Shown one piece after another: positions 20,664 through 29,068 of a stretch of DNA of 64,000 bases. Below the pieces are notes generated by a model, which had not been told where the DNA came from, did no database searches, and saw only the letters and a program-made list of their open reading frames with translations. Origin of the DNA: Pseudomonadota bacterium (GTDB lineage Bacteria > Bdellovibrionota > Bdellovibrionia > Bdellovibrionales > SG-bin7); the NCBI GenBank assembly GCA_034439715.1, contig JAWXAY010000033.1:32001-96000 (forward strand), written 5' to 3'. Numbering within the stretch: position 1 is the first letter of the stretch; each line of letters begins with the position of its first letter. Both the position numbers and the translations under genes were made by a program.

Positions 20664-21058
20664 TACTTAGTTGTCTTTTTGGCCTTTTTTTTTAGTTTGG
20701 CCCTGATTGTTTTTGAAAATTTCTGCTTATGCGTTGTGGCTTTCTTTTTTACAGTTTCGAAGTGCCCCTTAGCCTCTGATTTTGATTTTTGAAAGAAGCC
20801 AATAACACTGGCGATTTCCTTATCAAACTGCCCTTGCAATTTATTGATTGTTTTTAGGACTTCATTATATCGACTCTCAAGCTGCTTAACTCGACCTCTA
20901 TTCTTAGGGCTCAGCTTGGATTGAAAGTCCACTTTACGAACTTCACTAGCCAGTCTAACAACTTCAGATTTTATTTTGTCCACGCTGTTAAGTTTAAGAA
21001 TTTCGTCTTTAAGCTTTTTAATTTTGTTTTTGTCTAATTTAAAATCGCCGATCATCAC
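20663..21058 (-). CDS. Basic coiled-coil hypothetical protein with a Lys-rich tail
   Basis: 131-aa ORF with an AGGGGG RBS. Its stop overlaps the start of the cNMP gene (TAATG). Confidence 0.7.
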   Translation of the reverse strand: MMIGDFKLDKNKIKKLKDEILKLNSVDKIKSEVVRLASEVRKVDFQSKLSPKNRGRVKQLESRYNEVLKTINKLQGQFDKEIASVIGFFQKSKSEAKGHFETVKKKATTHKQKFSKTIRAKLKKKAKKTTK

Positions 21059-21122
21059 ATGAGCCCCCTTGTTTTAGGCCCAAGTATATTCATTTATTTG
21101 GCACTAAGCTAGCGCCAAATTG

Positions 21123-21138
21123 CGCACCATCGGTGCCA
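21123..21138 (-). promoter_or_regulatory. Possible sigma54 promoter
   Basis: Minus strand TGGCACCGATGGTGCG with GG-N10-GC spacing, ~65 nt upstream of 21058. Confidence 0.45.
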
Positions 21139-21390
21139 TCTAACGGCGTTTTTTTGTAATAAGACCACCGATTGTGTCGTCTCTGTTTACAGTTTCTCAA
21201 GTAAATTCCTCGATTATACGCGCTTTGGTAAAAATCGCTAACTTCGAATTTACCAAACTGTGACCTAGCCATCAGTCTAAAACCCATCTAAAATTTAAGC
21301 ACTTACAGCTTTCTATTTTCAAATTCAAGCCTCTACATTCAAAAGAAAAGGCCCTTTTTGTCACTTTGCCTTCACAAATGTCAAAAAAAT

Positions 21391-21406
21391 TGGCAGGGGG
21401 TTTGCT
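21391..21406 (+). promoter_or_regulatory. Putative sigma54 promoter
   Basis: TGGCAGGGGGTTTGCT closely matches TGGCAC-N5-TTGCW, ~100 nt upstream of 21503. Confidence 0.65.
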
Positions 21407-21502
21407 TATTTGAGCCTCGAACACGCTTTATAAAATTGGGCCTTGGCTTGGTGCTATGGTTCGAGAATTTAATTTAACAACATTTTTCATAAGGAGTAAA
21501 AT

Positions 21503-22558
21503 ATGAAAAAAATTATATCGTCGATTGCTGTCGTTGCAGTCGCCTTTAGTATGTCGGCACAAGCTGAACAGAAACAAGAAATGGAAACTATTAATATTGA
21601 GGGTTTAGATAGCAAGAATACGACTCTTACTAGCCTTGGTCAAACTGGAGTTAACCTTCTTGTCAACACTGGAAACTTAGTTATTGCTTTAAACAATAAT
21701 ATAAACGCACTTCCAGATGGTTTAGACAAAAAAGCTGATGATCTTCAGAAATGTATTGCTGAAAACTTTGAGAAGTTCGAAAAATATGATGGCGATAAAC
21801 CGGTTACAGTTGCAATGTGTACTGTTGGTTCAGTCGTAGATGCAGTCGGTATTGTTATCGAAAAAACAACAGGCGCTGCTTTTCGTATAACTGCAGTTCC
21901 CGGAAAACTTTTGGCAGATGCTGGCAGTTCACTGCTTGCCGATGTGGCGGTAGTTGTTGATTCAATGAACGATAAAGATATGACTAAAATCCCTGGTATG
22001 TGGGCATATCAACTTGGTTACGTTATCGCTGCAGGTTCTGTTGGCGTTGTTGGCGAAATCACTGGCGAGATGATTCAATTTATTTCTGATAAAGGTCAGA
22101 AAACAGTTGAATTAGTAATCAATGGTGTTCGCACTGGAATCAAAGTTGCGCATAAAGGTGCCGTTATACTTGTGCACTACTCTATTAAAGCCGGTAAAGA
22201 AGTTGGCGAGCGCGTAGTTCTAGTTGTTGGCGACGCTTTAGTATCAGCTATTGACACTTACTCTACTCTTCAGTGTGGTCTTGCTACTGGTGCAAAAGCT
22301 GGCACTAACATCGTTCTTGATCTTTTCCGATCACAAGATACGATCGATCAAAGAGAACGCGAAGAGCGTGGTAATGCTTGTGACTACAATCGCAATCTTG
22401 CTGCAGATGCAGGTCACATCGTATTAAAAATATTAACTATTTCTATCCGAGCGTTCACAAACGAATCGTATGAAGAGTTTATGGCTAAAGGTGGAAAAAA
22501 CAATTTCTGCCCCAACGGCTATAAAAGTGATCGCAAAGGTTTTCAAGTTTGCAAATAA
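21503..22558 (+). CDS. Secreted helical hypothetical protein (paralog A)
   Basis: TAAGGAG RBS and an AQA signal-peptidase site. Homologous to 26560..27462. Confidence 0.85.
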   Translation: MKKIISSIAVVAVAFSMSAQAEQKQEMETINIEGLDSKNTTLTSLGQTGVNLLVNTGNLVIALNNNINALPDGLDKKADDLQKCIAENFEKFEKYDGDKPVTVAMCTVGSVVDAVGIVIEKTTGAAFRITAVPGKLLADAGSSLLADVAVVVDSMNDKDMTKIPGMWAYQLGYVIAAGSVGVVGEITGEMIQFISDKGQKTVELVINGVRTGIKVAHKGAVILVHYSIKAGKEVGERVVLVVGDALVSAIDTYSTLQCGLATGAKAGTNIVLDLFRSQDTIDQREREERGNACDYNRNLAADAGHIVLKILTISIRAFTNESYEEFMAKGGKNNFCPNGYKSDRKGFQVCK

Positions 22559-22592
22559 ATTATTAATATAATTTATTTGTTAGTAATTAAAC

Positions 22593-22626
22593 GCAGCCTC
22601 TTCGTTAGTGGAGAGGCTGTTTTTTT
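22593..22626 (+). terminator. Rho-independent terminator
   Basis: GCAGCCTCT..AGAGGCTGT stem followed by a T-run. Confidence 0.8.
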
Positions 22627-22652
22627 ATGAAGAGAAAAGTCAGGAGTAAATT

Positions 22653-23486
22653 ATGAAAACAAAAACCTTCCTAACCCTCTTGGTGTTCTCTGTGTTTTGT
22701 GTCAATGCATTTTGTGAAGAATCTGAAGTCTGTCCTAATCCTCAAGTTGAAAAATATAAATCTGTACAAAAAGAGTTTGATAACGTGGCCATGGATGATG
22801 CCATGCGAACTGGCGCCCGAGTCGTTGTCATGATCCCGGGTATAATAAAGAAGAATTTTGATCTTGAAAACTTTAACGGCGATGTCTGGCAAGAAATCAA
22901 AGGTGGCTACGAATGTATGAAAGACACCCTGACTGGCGGCGCTGAATGGTACAACACGGTTCAGAAAGCTACTTTTTGCCCCGTGTCCACATTAACTGGT
23001 GTAGTTGTTGATACCAGTGAAACAATAGTAAAAAGCGTGGCGCAAGTGCCACACGTCATAGGTGACCTAGCTGACTTAGGTGATAATCTCGCCCAAGCAG
23101 GTCTTGAAAAAACTTTAGAGCTTTCAAGAAACCCCGATTTCATTTTAGCCTTTGCAGGTATTCTTGGGACAATACCCATGGGTGTGATTGACCTCGCCTT
23201 TAAGGCAACGAGTTTAGTTACCCATTTTGTTGGAAACCTTGTGGATACCATTATTAATTATAATTTGGCAGGAGCTGCAATGTCGGCGGTGAGAATTGGC
23301 CAAGGGTTTTATTTATTGAATCCTGAGACGATAGTTGATAGCAGCAAAGAACTTGGCTGCCGGGTGGGGACAATTCCAGAGGTGATTTATTATTCATTGG
23401 GTGATAAAATTGAACCTAGACCGATAAAATCTTCGATTAAACCTTATTGTGATGTACGCCGCGGCGATTGTACTGAGTACGATTAG
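22653..23486 (+). CDS. Secreted helical hypothetical protein (paralog B)
   Basis: AGGAG RBS and signal peptide. Internal Cys pair and C-terminal KPYCDVRRGDC shared with paralog C. Confidence 0.8.
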   Translation: MKTKTFLTLLVFSVFCVNAFCEESEVCPNPQVEKYKSVQKEFDNVAMDDAMRTGARVVVMIPGIIKKNFDLENFNGDVWQEIKGGYECMKDTLTGGAEWYNTVQKATFCPVSTLTGVVVDTSETIVKSVAQVPHVIGDLADLGDNLAQAGLEKTLELSRNPDFILAFAGILGTIPMGVIDLAFKATSLVTHFVGNLVDTIINYNLAGAAMSAVRIGQGFYLLNPETIVDSSKELGCRVGTIPEVIYYSLGDKIEPRPIKSSIKPYCDVRRGDCTEYD

Positions 23487-23553
23487 CCTTAGCCAAAGGT
23501 CCAATTCGGCGTCACCATTTGTTAATTTTCTCGAGTCCGACTAAAATGGGAGC

Positions 23554-24831
23554 ATGGCCAAAACCCCGCTACCCAAAAAACTAAATATTTGTTTTGTTGC
23601 TAAAAAGTTTCCGATACTTTCTCGGGTGGCGGATCATGGTTTTTTATGGCCAATTGCTAAAGGCCTTACTCAGCTGGGACACAAAGTTACTATACTTTCT
23701 AGCCAAAATCCCCAAGGCAAAAAAGAATTTATCGAAGGCAACATTCGCGCGCTCTATTTAAAAGAAGCCACATTTTCAAGTTCGGCCTCTTTTAGTGATC
23801 TCGTTCACGCCAAATTTGTTGAGCTGCATAGCAAAGAGCCTTTTCATATTCTACATTCACTTGATACGTCAGCCGCGAGTTTAGAAAAGTTAAAAAAACA
23901 GCTTAAGTTTGCCCTGGCCTTTGATGTGGAGGCCACTCAAATTGCTCAGGTGCTCGCAATTATCGGTATGGCCCAAGAAAACTTCGCTAGCATTATTAAT
24001 ACAGGCACTGCCGTATCCTATAAGTTTTTGAGAACTTATTTAGGATCTGACAGAGTCCTGCTTAATTCTGCCGACGGTATGTTCGTCACGACTCCTCAGC
24101 AGCGGATTGTTCTAGAGCGCTACTATTTGTATCCCGACACTCGCATTTATACCGTTCCTTATGGTGTAGAAATGAAAAACTTAGAGTTGAAGGCCAAATC
24201 AGAAGGGCTCATGAAAGAGGTGGGTTTGCCAGAGGGAACTCAAGTGGTGTTAACTATTACTGACATGACTGAACTCGAGGAGATCAGACATTTGCTCGTG
24301 GCTTTTCAAAAGGTAACAATTAAAAAGCCGAGTACTCGTTTAATTATTATTGGCAATGGTCCGCTAAAAAAAGAAATAGAATATGAGATGCTAACCTTGG
24401 CACTAGGATCCCGAGTGATCTTTGCAGGTGCTGTTTCGGCAGATGTGATTTCAGACTATATTAGCCTGTGTGATGTTTATGTAAATTTAAGCGCCCGTAC
24501 CAGCGGGTTCGAACCTACGATGCTCGAAGCAATGGCGCAAAAAAAGGTAATTGTAGGTTCTGAAGTCAGCCCCATTGCCAATATCGTAGAAGACGGACGT
24601 GATGGGTTTTTAATTAGACCTGCCGACACTCTAGCACTTTGCACACTCTTAATAGATATTTTCGAGTTCCCACTTTTATCGCGTGAAATTGGCGAAAGTG
24701 CCCGCAAAAAAGTCGTAAACTTGTTTGATACCGAGAAAATGGTTAATGAGACTACAGGGGCCTATTTTTCAATTTTGGAGCGAACAGGCTGGTATTCTAA
24801 ATCTCAGACTAAGGACCTGCCCTTATTTTAA
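23554..24831 (+). CDS. Glycosyltransferase family 4
   Basis: GLTQLGHKVTIL, VPYGV, LIIIGNGP, FEPTMLEAMA and IVEDGRDGFLI motifs. Confidence 0.9.
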   Translation: MAKTPLPKKLNICFVAKKFPILSRVADHGFLWPIAKGLTQLGHKVTILSSQNPQGKKEFIEGNIRALYLKEATFSSSASFSDLVHAKFVELHSKEPFHILHSLDTSAASLEKLKKQLKFALAFDVEATQIAQVLAIIGMAQENFASIINTGTAVSYKFLRTYLGSDRVLLNSADGMFVTTPQQRIVLERYYLYPDTRIYTVPYGVEMKNLELKAKSEGLMKEVGLPEGTQVVLTITDMTELEEIRHLLVAFQKVTIKKPSTRLIIIGNGPLKKEIEYEMLTLALGSRVIFAGAVSADVISDYISLCDVYVNLSARTSGFEPTMLEAMAQKKVIVGSEVSPIANIVEDGRDGFLIRPADTLALCTLLIDIFEFPLLSREIGESARKKVVNLFDTEKMVNETTGAYFSILERTGWYSKSQTKDLPLF

Positions 24832-24970
24832 CTTCTGAGATATAAAATATCCCATGACGCTAAACAGAATGGAAAATAATTAAAATAATTCCTTCCATGG
24901 CCTAAGGCCTCTAAGTATACTTATTAGTAGTTTCAATAGTTTATGCAATATTCAGCAGGGATTTAAGACC

Positions 24971-25258
24971 ATGACTAAAGCAGACTTAATAAACCTAATT
25001 TCTGAAAAAGCCAGTATCACGCGAGTAAAAGCCGAAACTGTGGTGAACACTGTTTTTGATACAATTACTGAAGCTTTGGTGAAGGACGACCGCATCGAAA
25101 TTCGTGGATTTGGCTCATTTGTCAATCGTGCTTACAATGCTCGCCAAGGACGAAATCCACGTACTGGTGAAGTTATTGATGTCGCACAAAAGCGACGACC
25201 ATTTTTTAAAGTTGGCAAAGAGTTACGTGAAGAGATTAACAAAGGCCCCAAAAAATAA
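24971..25258 (+). CDS. ihfB: Integration host factor beta / HU family DNA-binding protein
   Basis: MTKADLI, DRIEIRGFGSF, GRNPRTGE and PFFKVGKELRE motifs. Confidence 0.88.
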   Translation: MTKADLINLISEKASITRVKAETVVNTVFDTITEALVKDDRIEIRGFGSFVNRAYNARQGRNPRTGEVIDVAQKRRPFFKVGKELREEINKGPKK

Positions 25259-25273
25259 TAAGTAGAACAAATA

Positions 25274-26470
25274 TTAGTCGCGAAAAACTGGGATCTCACG
25301 AATATCTTTAATTCCAAAAAAAGCCATAAATAGTCGATCCACTCCTAATGCAATACCACCACTGGGAGGCATTCCTAGTCTTAAAGCTTCGATAAGACCG
25401 TCATCTACTGGAGGAACAAAACTTCCAAGGTCGCGTTTCTCTTTTTGCCAAGTTAAAAACCTTTTAGAGTTTTCTATTGGGTCATTGAGTTCGTCATAGG
25501 CGTTGGCAATTTCGAATCCTCTAAAATAGACTTCAAATCGATCGGCCCAACCCTTTTCATTTAGGCGAGCTAAGGCAGATTGTGACGGCGGAAAGTCTTT
25601 TAGAATGAGCGGAGTCACGAGCCCTAAGCGAGGCTCCACATGTTCAATGAATAATCTGTGGAATAAATCATTCCAGGAGTCGCTGGGATCAAAATGTGTT
25701 CGTCTGTCTATCGCAAGCTTTTTGAGTTCCTCGCGTGAAGTCTGTGGAGTTAAATCGAAATTAAGGTATTCGCGAAATACCTCGGCCATGGATTTAAGTG
25801 TGATAGATCCATCAAAGCGGATTGCACCTTCGATGTTATCATTCACATACTTAAAAAGATCATAGACGTCTTTTTGTATGGCGTCGATTCCAGCAAAACT
25901 TCGGTACCACTCAAGCATTGTGAATTCAGCTGCGTGCTGAGGTGTATTTTCTTCTTGCCGAAAGCAAGACCTAATTTCAAAAGCATTCTCAATGCCCAAA
26001 ACTAACGCCCGCTTTAAATGAAACTCAGGGCTTGTAGGCAGACAGTAACCATTGCTGGTAAAGGGCCTTAAAAAAGTCTCTGAACCAGAAGAAGGCACCA
26101 GTGTCGGCGTTTGAATTTCTAAAAAGCCGCTTGTCTCAAAAAATTTTCTTAAGGATTTTAGAAACCCATTCCATTTGAGCAAATGGTTTTTCTCTTTATT
26201 TATTTGTTCGAGCGATTTTTGGCCAATATTTGGCGCCAGAAGTTGAATGTGATGTTCTTTCATTAATACAATATCGCCGAGTACGAGAATATCCGATGCC
26301 TTGAATCCATGAGTTATAAATTCGCCTTGCTGGGTAAACTCACCTAAAATCCCATCGGCTATGGGGTCTGACCAGCGACTTTTAATAAGCTCATTTTTAA
26401 TGTCATCTTTAAGGGCTTTTGGGTAAGGCCGCCACAATGATTTTAGATAAATTTCTCGGGTCATATTCAT
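25274..26470 (-). CDS. epmA: EF-P lysine aminoacylase (EpmA/GenX/PoxA)
   Basis: LPTSPEFHLKRAL, FRQEE...H..EFTMLEWY, RFEVY..G.EIANAYDELNDP and GMPPSGGIALGVDRL motifs. Confidence 0.9.
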   Translation of the reverse strand: MNMTREIYLKSLWRPYPKALKDDIKNELIKSRWSDPIADGILGEFTQQGEFITHGFKASDILVLGDIVLMKEHHIQLLAPNIGQKSLEQINKEKNHLLKWNGFLKSLRKFFETSGFLEIQTPTLVPSSGSETFLRPFTSNGYCLPTSPEFHLKRALVLGIENAFEIRSCFRQEENTPQHAAEFTMLEWYRSFAGIDAIQKDVYDLFKYVNDNIEGAIRFDGSITLKSMAEVFREYLNFDLTPQTSREELKKLAIDRRTHFDPSDSWNDLFHRLFIEHVEPRLGLVTPLILKDFPPSQSALARLNEKGWADRFEVYFRGFEIANAYDELNDPIENSKRFLTWQKEKRDLGSFVPPVDDGLIEALRLGMPPSGGIALGVDRLFMAFFGIKDIREIPVFRD

Positions 26471-26496
26471 CGGGTCATTTTCAACTTATGGGCCTC

Positions 26497-26530
26497 AAAA
26501 AAAACAGCCCCTTTATTTTCATAAAGGGGC
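26497..26530 (-). terminator. Rho-independent terminator of paralog C
   Basis: GCCCCTTTAT-TTTC-ATAAAGGGGC hairpin preceded by an A-run on + (U-tract on -). Confidence 0.8.
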
Positions 26531-26559
26531 CTTGAATAAATACTAAATAACAAATAATT

Positions 26560-27462
26560 TTATTTACCAGAATGATCTAAATCACAGCGGCCGTATCGAA
26601 CATCGCAGTACGGTTTAACCGGAGTACCACCAGCCATCATGTCTTCAAAGGTCTCATTCATGATCACTCTAATTGGAAGTGACATAACACGAGCAAAAAC
26701 CATTAAGAGTCCGTTTCCTGCAGCGCTAAGATCGCCATGTACTACATCATGAAGAACCAAAACTACTGCCTTTGCAGCGCCATAAGCATCTTTACCAAGT
26801 ACACTAACTCGGCCTATAACTGCGTCAGCTACGATAACAACTGCATCAGAAGCATACTTGATACCAGTTCTTACACCGTCAACTACAAGCTCTACAGCTT
26901 TGCCAGCAACAGTTGAAACAGTATCTAATACCCAAGCTCCAGCTTGAGCAGCGCGACCAATTACTTGAGAAGCAACGCAAACACCAAGTTGAACTATAAA
27001 GAAACCAGGAATGTGGCTGTAAGCTTCCATCGCATCCCACGAGCGTTTGCTAGTATCTAACATGATGTTAGCAATATCTTTTGCAAACTTAGAGGGAACG
27101 GCAATTACTTCTTGAACGCCACTAACACCAGTTAAGATGATAGCAGTAACCATTTCAGTACCGATTAGAATGGGGCAAAGAACAGGAGCAGTAACACCTT
27201 CTCCGTCAACTTCGTCCATGCGATCGCTTAAACACTTAACAAGTTCAGTAGCATGTTCCGCAAGAGCGGGCATTGCTTTTAACGCAGCTTCGCTGAAAGA
27301 AACCACTAAGTTTCCAACATTAATAACGACGTTTACACCAGCGTGAACAATTTCACCGGCTTTTTCTGTAGGAAGATTGTTGCCATCTCTATGGCCTGCA
27401 TTAGCGGTCATCGATACAGCAACAGCTAATCCTGCCAATGAAGAAATAATAGATTTTCTCAT
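26560..27462 (-). CDS. Secreted helical hypothetical protein (paralog C)
   Basis: AAGGAG RBS and a signal peptide nearly identical to paralog A. VELVVDGVRTGIK block and C-terminal KPYCDVRYGRC. Confidence 0.85.
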   Translation of the reverse strand: MRKSIISSLAGLAVAVSMTANAGHRDGNNLPTEKAGEIVHAGVNVVINVGNLVVSFSEAALKAMPALAEHATELVKCLSDRMDEVDGEGVTAPVLCPILIGTEMVTAIILTGVSGVQEVIAVPSKFAKDIANIMLDTSKRSWDAMEAYSHIPGFFIVQLGVCVASQVIGRAAQAGAWVLDTVSTVAGKAVELVVDGVRTGIKYASDAVVIVADAVIGRVSVLGKDAYGAAKAVVLVLHDVVHGDLSAAGNGLLMVFARVMSLPIRVIMNETFEDMMAGGTPVKPYCDVRYGRCDLDHSGK

Positions 27463-27625
27463 AGGGTCTCCTTAAGGTTAGTAAAAATTTAAAGCCGAAT
27501 GCTTTAAAACTCGTCATTCATAGTACTGCAGCGCCTCAATAGCAAGTTTTTTGGCAGGTATAAGCTAATTTTATGAGGTCTAATCCCATAAATTCGCATT
27601 GTTTACAGAAATATGAAAAAAATTC

Positions 27626-28033
27626 TTAAATCAAATGGCTCAAGAGATGGGGCAATACCTTGCGGTTAGCGCCTGGTATCTCTAAGGAACTGAGTTCCTC
27701 TAACTCCACCCATTTTATCTCGCTGTGATGGATATTTTTTGGTTCGCCTTTCCAATACTTCACAACATAAAACAGCAAAAGAATTCCTGTTTCGCCATAA
27801 GAATGAGTGCCCGCATAAAGGATGTTTCCAATTTCGGCTTCGATTCCTAATTCTTCACGAAGTTCTCTGGCTAATGCGGCTTCGGGGCCTTCTCCTGTTT
27901 CAATTTTTCCCCCTGGGAATTCCCACTGGCCGGCGAGGTTTTTACCCTCAGGACGAAGACCTACGAGTACCTTTGACCCCTTCATTATTAATCCAGTAAC
28001 GACAGGAATCCACAGCGGGCGTTTTGGTTTCAT
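27626..28033 (-). CDS. mutT: NUDIX hydrolase, MutT-like (deoxy)nucleoside triphosphate pyrophosphohydrolase
   Basis: WEFPGGKIETGEGPEAALARELREELG Nudix box. Confidence 0.88.
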   Translation of the reverse strand: MKPKRPLWIPVVTGLIMKGSKVLVGLRPEGKNLAGQWEFPGGKIETGEGPEAALARELREELGIEAEIGNILYAGTHSYGETGILLLFYVVKYWKGEPKNIHHSEIKWVELEELSSLEIPGANRKVLPHLLSHLI

Positions 28034-28072
28034 CCAAAAATTGTAATCAATACCCTAAGCAATGTCATGATT

Positions 28073-29068
28073 TTAGGGTGAGCTAGCCTTTGACATATCA
28101 GAAAAAAAACCAGGCCCATTATAAATAAGTGCTGAATAAACTTGCACTAGATTGGCACCGAGAGCTAAGCGTTCTTCAATGTCTTCATGTGAACTGATGC
28201 CACCGACGCTAATAAGGAGTTTTCCTGTTCGCTTAGAACCTAAGAAGTTGAGCGCTAGCTTAAGGCTATTGAGTGAAAGTTTGGCCAATGGCTTTCCTGA
28301 AACTCCGCCTTCTGTAGGAAATGGACAATCACTGTAACGCGAAAGGGTTGTATTGGACAAAATCCAACCATCAATTTCAAACTCAAGAGAAATATTAAGT
28401 GCCGCTTCGAGTTCTATTTGATTTAAGTCAGGGCTTAATTTCAAAAGAATTGGCCGCGAGAACCCGGCATTTTTTTGGCGATAAGCCTGTAGTGTTTTGT
28501 CTAGCAGTTGCTTAAGCGCGTCTTCTGATTGGAGGTCTCTCAGGCCTATCGTGTTAGGGCTACTAATATTAATCACAAAAACATCGGCCAAAGAGTTGAG
28601 GTGATTCATGACAGCCAAATAGTCATTATGAGCTTCATGATTTGGAGTAGACCTATTTTTGCCGACATTAATAAGTACGGGAGTAGGCCAAGGCTTTTTG
28701 ATATTCGCTAAGGTCTTAAAAGTATGCTCCATGCCTAAAGAAGGAAAACCTAAGCGATTCCAAACCGCCAAATTTTTTATATCTCGAGCTAAAATTTTAC
28801 CAGGATTTGGATTTTGTGGGAGTGGCGTCACTGTTCCTACCTCTAGAAAGCCCGCGCCGCAGGACCACCAGCCCTGAATACTGTCGCCACTTTTGTCTAC
28901 GCCTCCTGCAATTCCCAAAGGATTTGGAAAGACGAGATCCTTCCATATGAGCGATCGCCACTTTTTGACTTTGGGACTTTTAAGTTTTCCGTAAATTTTT
29001 AAATAAATGTGTCCCAATGGGTGGGCCCATGAAACCGGTAAGTAGAGCCAGGGTTTTAACAGCGCCAT
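28073..29068 (-). CDS. pyrD: Quinone-dependent dihydroorotate dehydrogenase
   Basis: NPLGIAGGVDK, EVGTVTP.PQ..NP, NRLGF, INISSPNT.GLRDLQ, LKLSPDL, NTT and GGVSG motifs. Confidence 0.93.
   Translation of the reverse strand: MALLKPWLYLPVSWAHPLGHIYLKIYGKLKSPKVKKWRSLIWKDLVFPNPLGIAGGVDKSGDSIQGWWSCGAGFLEVGTVTPLPQNPNPGKILARDIKNLAVWNRLGFPSLGMEHTFKTLANIKKPWPTPVLINVGKNRSTPNHEAHNDYLAVMNHLNSLADVFVINISSPNTIGLRDLQSEDALKQLLDKTLQAYRQKNAGFSRPILLKLSPDLNQIELEAALNISLEFEIDGWILSNTTLSRYSDCPFPTEGGVSGKPLAKLSLNSLKLALNFLGSKRTGKLLISVGGISSHEDIEERLALGANLVQVYSALIYNGPGFFSDMSKASSP

Noticed and set aside
25274..26470. Lysyl-tRNA synthetase
   Set aside because: Too short, lacks a clear anticodon-binding domain, and its motifs (TSPEF, EFTMLEWY) match EpmA.
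27541..27556. Sigma54-like site upstream of paralog C (minus strand TGCCAAAAAACTTGCT)
   Set aside because: The invariant -24 GG is GC, so it is not called a promoter despite similarity to the paralog A leader.
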